Positions 17,172-28,766 of a stretch of DNA of 33,099 bases are shown piece after piece. Source of the stretch: a virus; UHGV virus genome UHGV-0076257; one strand, written 5' to 3'. The number at the start of each line of letters is the position of its first letter. The stretch's first letter is position 1. Position numbers and translations under genes: made by a program. The notes beneath the pieces were generated by a model. It did not search any database. It worked only from the letters and a program-made list of their open reading frames with translations, and was not told where the DNA came from.

Positions 17172-19298
17172 ATGGCAGAGACATTAGAGAAAAAACATGA
17201 GCGGATCATGCTCAGGTTTGACCGCGCCTATTCTCCACAGCAGGAAGTGCGCGAAAAGTGCATTGAAGCTACGAGGTTTGCTCGTGTCCCCGGAGGTCAA
17301 TGGGAAGGAGCAACGGCGGCTGGAACTAAGCTTGATGAGCAGTTCGAGAAGTATCCTAAGTTTGAAATCAATAAGGTAGCAACTGAACTTAACCGCATCA
17401 TTGCAGAATACCGCAATAACAGAATCACCGTTAAGTTTCGTCCTGGTGACAGAGAGGCAAGCGAAGAGTTAGCCAATAAATTAAATGGTCTGTTCCGTGC
17501 TGACTACGAAGAAACTGATGGCGGTGAGGCTTGCGATAATGCATTTGACGACGCTGCTACTGGTGGTTTCGGTTGCTTCCGTTTGACGTCGATGCTGGTC
17601 AATGAATACGACCCCATGGACGATCGTCAGCGTATTGCTATTGAACCAATATACGACCCGTCGCGCTCTGTGTGGTTTGACCCTGACGCTAAGAAGTACG
17701 ACAAATCTGACGCGTTGTGGGCGTTCTGCATGTATTCGTTGTCACCTGAAAAATATGAGGCTGAATACGGAAAGAAACCTCCTGCTTCTCTGGATGTAAC
17801 GTCTATGACCAGTTGGGAATATGACTGGTTTGATGCAGATGTTATTTACATAGCGAAGTATTACGAAGTTCGTAAAGAGTCTGTTGACGTTATCAGTTAT
17901 CGACATTCAATCACTGGAGAGATTGCAACATACGACAGTGATCAGGTCGAAGATATTGAAGATGAACTGGCAATAGCTGGATTTCAGGAAGTTGCAAGGC
18001 GCTCAGTGAAGCGGCGTCGTGTGTATGTATCAGTAGTGGATGGTGATGGTTTCCTTGAGAAACCTCGACGTATTCCTGGTGAGCATATCCCCCTCATCCC
18101 GGTTTATGGAAAACGCTGGTTCATTGATGACATTGAGCGTGTCGAAGGACATATTGCAAAAGCAATGGATCCACAGCGTTTGTACAACCTTCAGGTATCA
18201 ATGCTGGCTGATACTGCAGCGCAAGACCCCGGTCAGATCCCTATAGTTGGCATGGAGCAAATACGTGGACTTGAGAAGCACTGGGAGGCTCGCAACAAGA
18301 AACGACCAGCGTTCTTGCCGTTGCGCGAAGTGAGAGATAAATCTGGCAACATCATCGCTGGAGCTACCCCGGCAGGATATACACAGCCTGCGGTTATGAA
18401 TCAGGCATTGGCTGCATTACTACAGCAAACCAGTGCTGATATTCAGGAGGTTACAGGCGGCAGTCAGGCCATGCAGCAGATGCCAAGTAATATTGCTCAG
18501 GAAACGGTTAACAACTTGATGAACAGAGCAGATATGGCTTCGTTTATCTATCTGGACAATATGGCGAAAAGTCTTAAACGCGCTGGTGAAGTATGGCTGT
18601 CAATGGCGCGTGAAGTGTACGGTTCAGAACGTGAAGTGCGCATCGTTAACGAAGATGGAAGTGATGATATCGCTGTCCTGAGCGCACAGGTTGTTGACAG
18701 GCAAACAGGGGCTGTTGTTGCGTTAAATGACCTTTCTGTCGGTCGATACGATGTGACGGTTGATGTTGGACCAAGCTACACAGCACGACGTGATGCAACG
18801 GTTTCTGTACTGACAAATGTCCTTAGCTCTATGCTTCCAACAGACCCAATGCGCCCGGCAATTCAGGGTATTATTCTGGACAATATCGATGGCGAAGGCC
18901 TTGATGACTTCAAAGAGTACAACCGAAACCAACTGCTGATATCTGGTATTGCAAAACCACGCAATGAGAAAGATCAGCAGATTGTTCAACAGGCGCAAAT
19001 GGCAGCACAAAGCCAGCCAAATCCTGAAATGGTTCTCGCTCAGGCGCAAATGGTAGCAGCGCAGGCAGAAGCGCAAAAAGCAACTAACGAAACTGCTCAA
19101 ACTCAAATCAAAGCATTTACTGCCCAGCAGGATGCGATGGAGAGTCAGGCAAACACTGTCTATAAACTGGCCCAAGCCAGAAACATCGATGACAAAGCAG
19201 TGATGGAGGCAATACGCCTTCTGAAAGATGTCGCCGAGTCACAACAACAGCAATTCCAGTCACCACCACAGTCTCCGGCAGACTTAATGCCGAGTTAA
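17172..19298 (+). CDS. Portal protein
   Basis: Track ORF 17100..19298 trimmed to the ATG at 17172 (MAETLEKKHERIMLRFDRAYSP...), giving 708 aa; follows TerL; Gln-rich C-terminal barrel-like tail typical of P22-like portals. Confidence 0.88.
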   Translation: MAETLEKKHERIMLRFDRAYSPQQEVREKCIEATRFARVPGGQWEGATAAGTKLDEQFEKYPKFEINKVATELNRIIAEYRNNRITVKFRPGDREASEELANKLNGLFRADYEETDGGEACDNAFDDAATGGFGCFRLTSMLVNEYDPMDDRQRIAIEPIYDPSRSVWFDPDAKKYDKSDALWAFCMYSLSPEKYEAEYGKKPPASLDVTSMTSWEYDWFDADVIYIAKYYEVRKESVDVISYRHSITGEIATYDSDQVEDIEDELAIAGFQEVARRSVKRRRVYVSVVDGDGFLEKPRRIPGEHIPLIPVYGKRWFIDDIERVEGHIAKAMDPQRLYNLQVSMLADTAAQDPGQIPIVGMEQIRGLEKHWEARNKKRPAFLPLREVRDKSGNIIAGATPAGYTQPAVMNQALAALLQQTSADIQEVTGGSQAMQQMPSNIAQETVNNLMNRADMASFIYLDNMAKSLKRAGEVWLSMAREVYGSEREVRIVNEDGSDDIAVLSAQVVDRQTGAVVALNDLSVGRYDVTVDVGPSYTARRDATVSVLTNVLSSMLPTDPMRPAIQGIILDNIDGEGLDDFKEYNRNQLLISGIAKPRNEKDQQIVQQAQMAAQSQPNPEMVLAQAQMVAAQAEAQKATNETAQTQIKAFTAQQDAMESQANTVYKLAQARNIDDKAVMEAIRLLKDVAESQQQQFQSPPQSPADLMPS

Positions 19299-19311
19299 CC
19301 AGGAGTAATCA

Positions 19312-20196
19312 ATGGAAAACGAACTGATCATCGACGGTCAGGTTATTGGCCTGTCTGAAACACAGGAAAATGCAGAAGAAACCATCATCCAAACAGAGTC
19401 ACAGCCTGAGAATGAAAGCCAGGATGACAACGGTAAAGAGGTGGCAACTGAGCCTGAAAAAACCGAAGAGACACCAGAAGATTACGCCTTGCGTATTGGT
19501 GATGAAGAAATTCAGCTTAACGCTGACGATGATGATCACATTGACGGGCAACCTGCACCGCAATGGGTGAAAGATCTTCGCAAAGGCTTCAAAGAAACAC
19601 AGAAAGAAAACCGTGAGTTGCGCCGCCAGCTTGAGGAAGCATTAGCCAAGCCTGCGGAACATCAGCAACCACAACCAGACGCTATTCCACCAAAACCGAC
19701 TCTTGAGTCGTGTGATTATGACGAACAGGCGTTTGAACAGGCATTGACTGATTGGCATGAGAAAAAAGGCCGTGTCGAACAGCAGCAGCAACAAAAACTA
19801 CGTCAGCAACAGGAATACCAACAGCGTTTCCAGCAAAGGGTAGAAGCGCATAAACAACGGGCAGCAAAACTTCCTGTGAAAGATTATCAGGAAATGGAGG
19901 CCATTGTTCTTAGTGAGCTACCACCAATTCAGCAGGAAATCATCATTCACTGTGCAGACGAAGGCTCTGAACTACTCGCCTATGGCTTAGGTAAGAGCCA
20001 GCAATTACGCCAGCGTGTAGCCGCTGAGACAGATCCAATTCGCGCAGCATTCCTCTTGGGGCAGATTAGCAAACAGGTAAGCCTTGCTCCAAAACCAAAG
20101 AAAGCCATCAAGCCAGAGCCGGAAGTACGTGGTGGCGGTGCTGATGCGAAACAAGACGAATTCAACAAATTATGCCCCGGCGCAAAAATCGAATAA
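19312..20196 (+). CDS. Scaffolding protein
   Basis: 294 aa, highly acidic, Gln/Glu-rich and helical; lies between portal and coat. Confidence 0.8.
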   Translation: MENELIIDGQVIGLSETQENAEETIIQTESQPENESQDDNGKEVATEPEKTEETPEDYALRIGDEEIQLNADDDDHIDGQPAPQWVKDLRKGFKETQKENRELRRQLEEALAKPAEHQQPQPDAIPPKPTLESCDYDEQAFEQALTDWHEKKGRVEQQQQQKLRQQQEYQQRFQQRVEAHKQRAAKLPVKDYQEMEAIVLSELPPIQQEIIIHCADEGSELLAYGLGKSQQLRQRVAAETDPIRAAFLLGQISKQVSLAPKPKKAIKPEPEVRGGGADAKQDEFNKLCPGAKIE

Positions 20197-20207
20197 GGAA
20201 AAGATAA

Positions 20208-21479
20208 ATGCCTAACAATCTCGACAGTAACGTCAGTCAAATCGTTCTGAAAAAATTCCTTCCGGGTTTTATGTCAGATTTAGTTCTGGCGAAAACCGTA
20301 GACCGTCAGTTGCTGGCAGGTGAAATCAACTCCAGCACTGGCGATAGCGTTAGCTTTAAACGTCCGCATCAATTCTCATCCCTCCGTACTCCCACTGGTG
20401 ATATTTCAGGGCAAAATAAAAACAACCTGATCTCAGGTAAAGCTACGGGGCGTGTAGGTAACTACATCACTGTTGCTGTTGAATATCAGCAACTGGAGGA
20501 AGCGATCAAGCTTAACCAACTGGAAGAAATTCTCGCGCCGGTTCGCCAGCGAATCGTTACCGACCTTGAAACAGAGCTTGCTCACTTCATGATGAATAAC
20601 GGTGCGTTGTCACTTGGTAGCCCCAATACTCCAATCACCAAATGGTCTGATGTTGCGCAGACGGCATCTTTCCTGAAAGACCTCGGCGTTAATGAAGGTG
20701 AAAACTATGCTGTAATGGATCCATGGTCTGCACAGCGACTTGCTGATGCGCAGACTGGTTTGCACGCTTCAGATCAATTGGTTCGTACTGCATGGGAGAA
20801 TGCGCAGATTCCAACCAATTTTGGCGGCATTCGCGCACTGATGTCTAATGGGCTTGCCTCTCGTACGCAGGGGGCATTTGGCGGAACACTGACAGTCAAA
20901 ACACAGCCAACTGTTACCTATAACGCAGTTAAAGACTCATACCAGTTCACTGTAACATTGACCGGAGCGACAGCCAGCGTTACAGGTTTTCTGAAAGCTG
21001 GTGATCAGGTTAAATTCACCAATACCTACTGGCTGCAACAGCAGACCAAACAGGCGTTGTATAACGGAGCCACACCAATTAGCTTCACTGCAACGGTTAC
21101 TGCTGATGCTAATTCAGACAGCAGTGGCGATGTGACGGTTACGCTTTCTGGTGTTCCGATTTATGACACTACAAACCCGCAGTACAACTCTGTAAGTCGT
21201 CAGGTAGCGGCAGGCGATGCCGTATCTGTGGTAGGCACTGCTAGCCAGACAATGAAGCCAAACCTGTTCTATAACAAGTTCTTCTGTGGACTTGGCTCTA
21301 TCCCACTACCGAAACTGCACAGTATTGATTCTGCTGTTGCAACATATGAAGGTTTCTCCATCCGCGTACATAAATACGCAGATGGCGATGCCAACGTGCA
21401 AAAAATGCGCTTCGACTTACTGCCTGCATATGTGTGCTTTAACCCTCACATGGGCGGTCAGTTCTTCGGTAATCCGTAA
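20208..21479 (+). CDS. Major capsid (coat) protein
   Basis: 423 aa following the scaffold gene and followed by a terminator hairpin; size matches Sf6-type coat. Confidence 0.85.
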   Translation: MPNNLDSNVSQIVLKKFLPGFMSDLVLAKTVDRQLLAGEINSSTGDSVSFKRPHQFSSLRTPTGDISGQNKNNLISGKATGRVGNYITVAVEYQQLEEAIKLNQLEEILAPVRQRIVTDLETELAHFMMNNGALSLGSPNTPITKWSDVAQTASFLKDLGVNEGENYAVMDPWSAQRLADAQTGLHASDQLVRTAWENAQIPTNFGGIRALMSNGLASRTQGAFGGTLTVKTQPTVTYNAVKDSYQFTVTLTGATASVTGFLKAGDQVKFTNTYWLQQQTKQALYNGATPISFTATVTADANSDSSGDVTVTLSGVPIYDTTNPQYNSVSRQVAAGDAVSVVGTASQTMKPNLFYNKFFCGLGSIPLPKLHSIDSAVATYEGFSIRVHKYADGDANVQKMRFDLLPAYVCFNPHMGGQFFGNP

Positions 21480-21483
21480 TAAC

Positions 21484-21504
21484 AAGGGGGCTTACGCCCC
21501 TTTT
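21484..21504 (+). terminator. Terminator-like hairpin after the coat gene
   Basis: GGGGC-TTAC-GCCCC followed by TTTT. Confidence 0.5.
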
Positions 21505-21522
21505 ATGTTTTAAGGAAACAAT

Positions 21523-21708
21523 ATGGATCGCATGAGTGTATTCCTTGCCGCAGATAACGAATCAGGACATGTACAGGCCGTTATCGCAGAAAAAGACTTC
21601 CAGTTTTTCGAAAAGTTGGGCTTTGTTGCCTCAGTTGATGAATTGAAACCGACCAGTAAGCGAGGTCGTAAGGCGGCAGACAATGGCAACAGTACTGACA
21701 AAGGGTGA
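21523..21708 (+). CDS. Hypothetical small protein (61 aa)
   Basis: Complete ORF between coat and the gp4 homologue; overlaps the next gene by 26 nt. Confidence 0.4.
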   Translation: MDRMSVFLAADNESGHVQAVIAEKDFQFFEKLGFVASVDELKPTSKRGRKAADNGNSTDKG

Positions 21709-22165
21709 GATCGTCCTTTTTGCGCTTCGTAAGTTTGCTATTGCTTCTAATGCATCGCTGACTGATGTTGAGCCGCAATCAATTGAAGATGGTGTAAATG
21801 ATCTGGAAGATATGATGTCCGAGTGGATGATTAACCCCGGCGACATTGGTTACGCTTTCGCAACTGGAGATGAGCAGCCATTACCTGATGATGAGTCAGG
21901 TCTTCCAAGAAAATACAAACACGCAGTAGGCTATCAGTTATTGCTGAGAATGCTATCTGATTACAGCCTTGAGCCAACTTCGCAAGTTCTCAGTAACGCC
22001 CAACGCTCATATGATGCCTTGATGACCGACACTCTGGTTGTTCCTTCAATGCGACGACGTGGAGATTTTCCTGTAGGACAGGGTAATAAATATGACGTGT
22101 TTACATCTGACCGATATTATCCAGGCGATCTCCCTCTGATTGATGGCGATATCCCAAACGCATAG
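21683..22165 (+). CDS. Head-completion / tail accessory factor (P22 gp4 homologue)
   Basis: 160 aa; segment ASLTDVEPQSIEDGVNDLEDMMSEW resembles what I recall of P22 gp4; position after coat. Confidence 0.7.
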   Translation: MATVLTKGEIVLFALRKFAIASNASLTDVEPQSIEDGVNDLEDMMSEWMINPGDIGYAFATGDEQPLPDDESGLPRKYKHAVGYQLLLRMLSDYSLEPTSQVLSNAQRSYDALMTDTLVVPSMRRRGDFPVGQGNKYDVFTSDRYYPGDLPLIDGDIPNA

Positions 22166-22173
22166 GTGAATAA

Positions 22174-23592
22174 ATGCCTATTCAGCAACTTCCGCTTATG
22201 AAAGGTGTCGGCAAAGACTTTCGAAACGCCGACTATATCGACTATCTGCCAGTGAATATGCTGGCAACCCCCAAAGAAATCCTTAACATCAGCGGATATC
22301 TTCGCTCATTCCCGGGCATTGCCAAACGCTCTGATGTAAACGGTGTATCGCGCGGAGTCGAGTACAACATGGCGCAGAATGCTGTTTATCGCGTGTGTGG
22401 TGGCAAGCTCTACAAAGGAGAAAGTGAAGTCGGTGATGTTTCCGGAAGTGGTCGTGTATCAATGGCGCATGGTCGGACATCACAGGCGGTAGGCGTTAAT
22501 GGTCAACTGGTCGAGTATCGCTATGATGGCACGGTTAAAACCGTATCAAACTGGCCTGCAGACAGCGGATTCACGCAGTATGAGTTAGGTTCGGTCCGTG
22601 ACATTACGCGTTTACGTGGGCGTTATGCGTGGTCAAAAGACGGTACTGATTCATGGTTTATCACTGACCTTGAAGACGAATCGCATCCTGACCGTTACAG
22701 CGCACAATATCGCGCAGAATCGCAGCCGGACGGCATCATCGGCATAGGTACATGGCGAGACTTCATCGTCTGCTTTGGTTCATCGACGATTGAATATTTC
22801 TCCCTGACTGGTGCAACCACCGTTGGTGCCGCTTTGTATGTCGCACAGCCATCACTGATGGTGCAGAAAGGGATTGCCGGAACCTACTGCAAAACGCCGT
22901 TTGCTGATTCGTATGCGTTCATCAGCAATCCGGCAACAGGTGCGCCGTCTGTATACATCATCGGCTCCGGTCAGGTGTCACCAATCGCCAGCGCGAGCAT
23001 TGAGAAAATCCTCCGCTCCTACACTGCTGATGAACTGGCTGATGGCGTGATGGAATCGTTGCGGTTTGATGCTCATGAGTTGCTGATTATCCATCTTCCG
23101 CGCCACGTCCTCGTATACGACGCATCTTCAAGCGCCAATGGTCCGCAATGGTGTGTGTTGAAAACAGGCCTGTATGACGATGTGTACCGCGCTATCGACT
23201 TCATTTACGAAGGCAATCAGATAACGTGCGGCGATAAGCTGGAATCGGTTATCGGCAAATTGCAGTTCGATATCAGCAGCCAGTACGACAAGCAACAGGA
23301 ACACCTGTTGTTTACTCCGTTGTTCAAAGCGGATAACGCAAGAGTGTTCGACCTTGAGGTTGAATCTTCAACTGGCGTTGCGCAGTACGCTGACCGCCTG
23401 TTCCTCTCTGCAACCACTGACGGAATCAATTACGGACGTGAGCAGATGATTGAACAGAATGAACCGTTCGTTTACGACAAACGCGTTTTGTGGAAGCGTG
23501 TCGGGCGAATAAGGAAAAATGTCGGCTTCAAATTGCGCGTTATTACTAAGTCACCTGTCACTCTCTCAGGCTGCCAGATAAGGATTGAGTAA
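22174..23592 (+). CDS. Tail hub protein (P22 gp10 homologue)
   Basis: 472 aa, the same length as P22 gp10, and in the same position in the gene order. Confidence 0.75.
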   Translation: MPIQQLPLMKGVGKDFRNADYIDYLPVNMLATPKEILNISGYLRSFPGIAKRSDVNGVSRGVEYNMAQNAVYRVCGGKLYKGESEVGDVSGSGRVSMAHGRTSQAVGVNGQLVEYRYDGTVKTVSNWPADSGFTQYELGSVRDITRLRGRYAWSKDGTDSWFITDLEDESHPDRYSAQYRAESQPDGIIGIGTWRDFIVCFGSSTIEYFSLTGATTVGAALYVAQPSLMVQKGIAGTYCKTPFADSYAFISNPATGAPSVYIIGSGQVSPIASASIEKILRSYTADELADGVMESLRFDAHELLIIHLPRHVLVYDASSSANGPQWCVLKTGLYDDVYRAIDFIYEGNQITCGDKLESVIGKLQFDISSQYDKQQEHLLFTPLFKADNARVFDLEVESSTGVAQYADRLFLSATTDGINYGREQMIEQNEPFVYDKRVLWKRVGRIRKNVGFKLRVITKSPVTLSGCQIRIE

Positions 23593-24293
23593 TGGCTGAT
23601 TCGAATCTCAACACCCCTGTTATTGTGCAGGCGACGCGGCTCGATACATCAATCCTTCCACGCAATATATTCAGCCAGTCTTACCTGCTGTATGTCATTA
23701 ATCAGGGGGCTGATGTCGGCGCAATTGCCGGGAAGGCAAATCAGGCTGGTCAGGGCGCTTACGATGCTCAGGTGAAAAACGATGAACAGGACGTCGAACT
23801 GGCTGATCACGACGCAAGAATCACCGCAAACACAAAAGCGATAAATCTACTTGAGGTCAGGTTAACAACTGCCGAAGGGAAGATAGTCGTACTGCGTAGC
23901 GATGTTGATTACTTGCTGGATGAGGTTATCGATATTCAGGCGCATCTGGTCACTGTTGACCAAAGACTGGATGACGTAGAAAACGATGTCTCTGGCATTA
24001 AGAGTGATTACGTATCGAAAACCGTAACCGAATTGCAGTCTCTTGAGTCACCGCTGGATGTAAAAACATCATATTCAGTTGATGGAATTCAGGTTGTTGG
24101 AGCAAGAAATACCGGATGGACTGCAGCCACAGGTACGCCACTTCTTGGCTCATTCAACGCTAACCAGTCATACACGGTCGGCACTACGTACACACAATCC
24201 GAAGTCGCAGCTCTCGCTACAGGTTTGCAGCAGGCGCGGCAGCGTATTCTGGCGCTTGAAACAGCACTTAGATTACATGGGCTGATTGACTGA
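23592..24293 (+). CDS. Tail needle (P22 gp26 homologue)
   Basis: 233 aa; N-terminus [35 protein letters not shown] and C-terminus [21 protein letters not shown] match the P22 gp26 pattern; trimeric coiled-coil heptads. Confidence 0.85.
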   Translation: MADSNLNTPVIVQATRLDTSILPRNIFSQSYLLYVINQGADVGAIAGKANQAGQGAYDAQVKNDEQDVELADHDARITANTKAINLLEVRLTTAEGKIVVLRSDVDYLLDEVIDIQAHLVTVDQRLDDVENDVSGIKSDYVSKTVTELQSLESPLDVKTSYSVDGIQVVGARNTGWTAATGTPLLGSFNANQSYTVGTTYTQSEVAALATGLQQARQRILALETALRLHGLID

Positions 24294-24748
24294 TGATTAC
24301 ATTCAAACCAACGCGAAACATCGACCTGATAGAAGCCGTAGGAAATCACCCTGACATTATCGCTGGTAGCAACAACGGTGATGGATACGACTACAAACCT
24401 GAATGCCGTTACTTTGAGGTGAACGTGCACGGGCAGTTCGGCGGAATTGTTTACTATCAGGAGATTCAGCCGCTAACCTTTGATTGCCACGCCATGTACC
24501 TGCCAGAGATTCGTGGATTCAGCAAGGAAATCGGGCTGGCGTTCTGGCGATACATTCTGACTAACACCACCGTTCAGTGCGTCACATCGTTCGCCGCACG
24601 CAAATTCCGCCACGGGCAGATTTACTGCGCAATGATTGGCCTTAAGCGTGTAGGAACCATCAAGAAATACTTCAAAGGCGTGGATGACGTGACGTTTTAC
24701 AGCGCCACACGCGAAGAACTAATCGACTTCCTGAATCACGGGAGATAG
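24293..24748 (+). CDS. P22 gp14-like protein (ejection/assembly accessory)
   Basis: 151 aa in the gp14 position between needle and ejection proteins. Confidence 0.55.
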   Translation: MITFKPTRNIDLIEAVGNHPDIIAGSNNGDGYDYKPECRYFEVNVHGQFGGIVYYQEIQPLTFDCHAMYLPEIRGFSKEIGLAFWRYILTNTTVQCVTSFAARKFRHGQIYCAMIGLKRVGTIKKYFKGVDDVTFYSATREELIDFLNHGR

Positions 24749-24750
24749 CC

Positions 24751-25446
24751 ATGTTATATGCATTTAAGCTGGGCAGAAAACTGCGCGGCGAGGAACCTTA
24801 TTGCCCTGAAAAAGGCGGCAAAGGTGGCAGTTCTGATAAAAGCGCAAAGTATGCAGCAGAAGCTCAGAAGTATGCCGCAGACCTGCAAAATCAGCAGTGG
24901 CAGACGATCATGAAAAACCTTGCTCCGTTCACGCCGCTTGCGGAGCAGTATGTTAACCAGCTTCAGAACCTTTCCAGTTTAGAAGGACAGGGTCAGGCAC
25001 TTAATCAGTATTACAACTCTCAGCAGTATAAAGACCTTGCAGGTCAGGCTCGTTACCAGAGTCTTGCTGCTGCGGAGGCTACGGGAGGACTTGGTTCGAC
25101 AGCCACAAGCAATCAACTGGCTACGATCGCGCCGACTCTCGGTCAGTCTTGGTTATCAAACCAGATGAGCAATTACAACAATCTGGCAAACGTTGGGCTT
25201 GGTGCTCTGCAAGGACAGGCAAACGCCGGGCAGACGTACGCCAACAACATGAGCAGCATTGCACAGCAAAGCGCAGCACTTGCCGCTGCTAACGCCAATA
25301 AACCATCAGGCCTTCAGACAGCAATTAGCGGCGGAGCTTCAGGAGCTATGACTGGCGCTGCTCTTGGCTCTATTGTTCCCGGACTTGGCACTGGATTAGG
25401 TGCGGCAATTGGCGGCGGACTTGGCCTGCTTGGCTCGTTGTTTTAA
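24751..25446 (+). CDS. Ejection protein (P22 gp7 homologue)
   Basis: 231 aa, Gln/Ala/Gly-rich with a Gly-rich hydrophobic C-terminus; first of three ejection proteins by position. Confidence 0.7.
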   Translation: MLYAFKLGRKLRGEEPYCPEKGGKGGSSDKSAKYAAEAQKYAADLQNQQWQTIMKNLAPFTPLAEQYVNQLQNLSSLEGQGQALNQYYNSQQYKDLAGQARYQSLAAAEATGGLGSTATSNQLATIAPTLGQSWLSNQMSNYNNLANVGLGALQGQANAGQTYANNMSSIAQQSAALAAANANKPSGLQTAISGGASGAMTGAALGSIVPGLGTGLGAAIGGGLGLLGSLF

Positions 25447-25455
25447 GGGGTAATC

Positions 25456-26832
25456 ATGGCTACTTGGCAAGGATCAAATGGCGGATTGTTGGCTGGTATC
25501 GGCGGCGTCAACTCAAACGCTCCGAGCGTAAATGACATCGGCAATACGCTTCAGCTTATCAGGCAGAACAATGATATTGAGCGTTCAGGCGCTAACAATG
25601 TTGGGCTGACTGCTTTGCAAGGCCTTTCAGGTATTGCAGGGGTGTTTCAGCAGGAAAAGCAGGCTCAGCGGCAGAAAGAATTTCAGCAGGCGTACGCTAA
25701 TGCTTATGCGTCTGGTGATCGCGGTGCTTTGCGTCAGTTGGCTACTCAATATCCAGACCAGATTGAATCCGTTCGTAAAGGCATGGGATTCATTGATGAA
25801 GACCAGCGCAATTCTATCGGCACATTAGCGGCTGGCGCACGCCTTGCGTCATCTTCTCCAGAAGCAATGCAATCATGGCTGCAAAATAACGCCAAGGAAC
25901 TGGCGCGCGTCGGTGTTGATCCTAATAACGTTGCTCAGATGTATCAGCAGAATCCATCAGGATTTGGTGAGTTTGTTGATCACCTTGGAATGGCCGCGCT
26001 TGGTCCGATTGATTACTTCAATGTTCAGGACAAGATGGCTGGTCGTGAAATTGACCGAGGCAGGCTGGCAGAGACAATCCGCAGCAATCAGGCTGGCGAG
26101 GCACTTCAGGCGAGAGGGCAAAACCTTTCCTATCAGTCAGCAATGACTGGACACGGACTTGCAGCAGAAAGACTGGCACTTGATAAGCAGAAATTCGGTT
26201 TTGAAGTACAACAGGCACAAAAGAAGGCCGATGAACTTATTAATGCTGCGCCAAAACTATCCGTGAACATGGAAAAGGCTATAGAAAAATCAGCAGGTGA
26301 TGCGGCAGCTAGTCGTAATGCTGCCGATTCAATGACAACGCTTGCTGACACGCTGGAGAAGGAGAAGCCAACTCCTGGTTTGTTCGGTAACGCTGAAAAT
26401 ATGTTCTCTAAGCTTACGGGGCAAGATAACTACCTCCGAGATATGCGGATTAGATTCAACCAACTAGCCAATGCGCAGGCAACCAAGCTTCTCCCTCCCG
26501 GCCCTGCATCAGATAAGGATATTGAGTTTGCAAGGAAAGGCATTCCAAGCGAAACGGATAATCCAATGGTTATGGCTCGATGGTTAAGGGGTATGGCAAA
26601 AATGGAAAGTAATAACGCGAAATTCAACGAGTTTAGGTCAGAGTGGATGAGTGCAAACGGCAGCCCAGGACAATCTGATCGCAACCGAAACATCATGGGG
26701 ATGGATGTTAAGAAGGGTGAATCATTGAACTCTGCGGCAAAACGTTTTCTTTCCTCAAGTTATGGCGATAGCCAACCTCAACAGCAATTGTCCGATGACG
26801 AATTAATTAGCAAATATCTCGGAGGGCAGTAA
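25456..26832 (+). CDS. Ejection protein (P22 gp20 homologue)
   Basis: 458 aa, second ejection-protein position; low-complexity Ala/Gln-rich. Confidence 0.7.
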   Translation: MATWQGSNGGLLAGIGGVNSNAPSVNDIGNTLQLIRQNNDIERSGANNVGLTALQGLSGIAGVFQQEKQAQRQKEFQQAYANAYASGDRGALRQLATQYPDQIESVRKGMGFIDEDQRNSIGTLAAGARLASSSPEAMQSWLQNNAKELARVGVDPNNVAQMYQQNPSGFGEFVDHLGMAALGPIDYFNVQDKMAGREIDRGRLAETIRSNQAGEALQARGQNLSYQSAMTGHGLAAERLALDKQKFGFEVQQAQKKADELINAAPKLSVNMEKAIEKSAGDAAASRNAADSMTTLADTLEKEKPTPGLFGNAENMFSKLTGQDNYLRDMRIRFNQLANAQATKLLPPGPASDKDIEFARKGIPSETDNPMVMARWLRGMAKMESNNAKFNEFRSEWMSANGSPGQSDRNRNIMGMDVKKGESLNSAAKRFLSSSYGDSQPQQQLSDDELISKYLGGQ

Positions 26833-28742
26833 TGGCCTATAGTCGTGAACAGTTGATGACGGCGTTAAGGAATGCTGATGCTGCCGGCGATACTGAGGGA
26901 GCACGTCGCATTGCTCAGATGCTGTCTTCTGGTGATCAATCCACTCAAAACCAATCGCAGCCTGTAGAACAGCAAGATGGATTTATGTCTGACCTCGGCG
27001 AAGCAGTAAAAGAAACTGGTCGCGGACTGGTGCAGGCTGGTGTAAATGTGGCAAATATACCAGCATCAGTTGCCGATGCTGTAACAAGCGCGGCGGCATG
27101 GGCTGGCGGTAAACTCGGTATTGGCGATGGAACATATCAACCAGCGCCACGAGTAACAACTCAGGGATTAGAGCAGGCGTTTGGACTTCAGCAAGGTGCT
27201 CTGACTCCACAAACGACAGAAGGTAGGGTGTTTGCGGAGGCATTGCCTTACCTGGCTACTCTTGGCGTTGGCGGCGCTTCAACTCAGGCGCCAACACTTG
27301 CTGGTAGGGTTACTCAAGGTGCAACTCGTCTTCTCGCCGAAAATGCAGTCGGATCACTTGCCGCAAACAGTGAGAAAAATGATGCGGGAAAACTGGCAAC
27401 AGATATAGGTATTGGCATGCTAACAGGTGGTGCTGTTAATACTGTTGCAAAAGGGATTGGGCGTGGAATAACAGCCTTCAAAGGCGATATCGCACCAGAA
27501 GTAGCGAAAAAAATTGCCACCTCAGAATCAATGGGCGTGATACCAATGACATCTGATGTTATCCCGCCGAAAAATGCTTTCACTCGTGGTCTTACTCAGG
27601 ATGCTGAGGGGGCTTTGCTCGGGACAGGTTCAAAGCGTGCGGAGCAATATGCAAAAAGAAGTCAGCTAGTTAAAAAACAGCTTGAGAAATATGGTGAATA
27701 TAGCCCATCAGTTGTTGTTGACGATCTGTATGGTTCTCTGAAGTCAAGGAAGGATTCAGCCGGAAGCGTTATTGAAGACATTACAACTAAAATGGGAGAT
27801 ACACCTGTTGACACATCAAAATCCATTAAGGTTATCGACAACGTGCTTACCAGGGCTAACAGGCTTGGGAAAGTGGCAAATAAGGATTTGATTAGCGGGC
27901 TATCCGATTTGCGAGAAGAACTTGCTAAACCAGATGTAGATTTTGGACTATTGAGAGAGTTGCGGTCAGCATTAAGGGAAAGTATTCAGGGAGATGCCAT
28001 GGTTTTTCCTAATAGCGCGAAAGCCGCAACTGATGCTGTGGAGAGGGCAATGGGTTCAGATTTGAGGAATAACGCAGCACGGTATTTGGGGGCTGGAGAG
28101 GCTGCCAGATACGTCAAAGCAAACTCTGACTACTCCAACGTCTTCAATAAGGTTCTCAATAAAAGGATTGCGAACAATCTCAACAAAGCTAAAAAAGAGT
28201 TTACTCCAGAGCTAATAGACAGCGTTGTATTCAGCAGAAAACCATCAGATATTAAGAGGATATGGCCTGCTCTTAGTGAAGATGGAAAGAACGCTATGCG
28301 TGCTGCTTATATTAGCAAGATTGCAGAAAAGGCAGGAGACTCGCCAACAAAATTTCTTACCGAGTTAAATAAGTTGAAGTCGCAATCTGACGGTCAGATC
28401 TATAACACGATATTCAGTGGGAGACACATGAAAGAGCTTGATGCTCTTCATGAAGTTCTACAGCAAACAGCAAGGTCAGACGCCGCAAATGTAGTAACAC
28501 AGACAGGACAATCGCAAGCTAACAGGATTAGAACGATTGGCGCAACTGCGACTCTTGGGGCAACACTGGCGCTTGAAGCAGGTTTCGGTGCAATCATGCG
28601 CTTGTACGAGTCCAAAGCAGCAAGGAATACGCTCTTACGTCTGGCAAACACTAAAGCTGGAACGCCAGCCTATGAAAGAGCGTTAAGTAACGCTGCAAAT
28701 GCCGTCAGGCCGCTGTTTGCTACTGAGGCAACACAGCAGTAA
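26832..28742 (+). CDS. Ejection protein (P22 gp16 homologue)
   Basis: 636 aa, third ejection-protein position, overlapping stop/start with the preceding gene. Confidence 0.72.
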   Translation: MAYSREQLMTALRNADAAGDTEGARRIAQMLSSGDQSTQNQSQPVEQQDGFMSDLGEAVKETGRGLVQAGVNVANIPASVADAVTSAAAWAGGKLGIGDGTYQPAPRVTTQGLEQAFGLQQGALTPQTTEGRVFAEALPYLATLGVGGASTQAPTLAGRVTQGATRLLAENAVGSLAANSEKNDAGKLATDIGIGMLTGGAVNTVAKGIGRGITAFKGDIAPEVAKKIATSESMGVIPMTSDVIPPKNAFTRGLTQDAEGALLGTGSKRAEQYAKRSQLVKKQLEKYGEYSPSVVVDDLYGSLKSRKDSAGSVIEDITTKMGDTPVDTSKSIKVIDNVLTRANRLGKVANKDLISGLSDLREELAKPDVDFGLLRELRSALRESIQGDAMVFPNSAKAATDAVERAMGSDLRNNAARYLGAGEAARYVKANSDYSNVFNKVLNKRIANNLNKAKKEFTPELIDSVVFSRKPSDIKRIWPALSEDGKNAMRAAYISKIAEKAGDSPTKFLTELNKLKSQSDGQIYNTIFSGRHMKELDALHEVLQQTARSDAANVVTQTGQSQANRIRTIGATATLGATLALEAGFGAIMRLYESKAARNTLLRLANTKAGTPAYERALSNAANAVRPLFATEATQQ

Positions 28743-28766
28743 CGTATGGGAAATTGGATTCAATCG

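Noticed and set aside
7764-27583. Assorted antisense or nested track ORFs inside large genes (for example 7764..8120, 9566..9964, 16135..16485, 16666..17109, 18723..19175, 24089..24430, 26983..27243, 27314..27583)
   Set aside because: Each lies wholly inside a longer, well-supported gene on the opposite strand or in another frame and lacks any independent signal.
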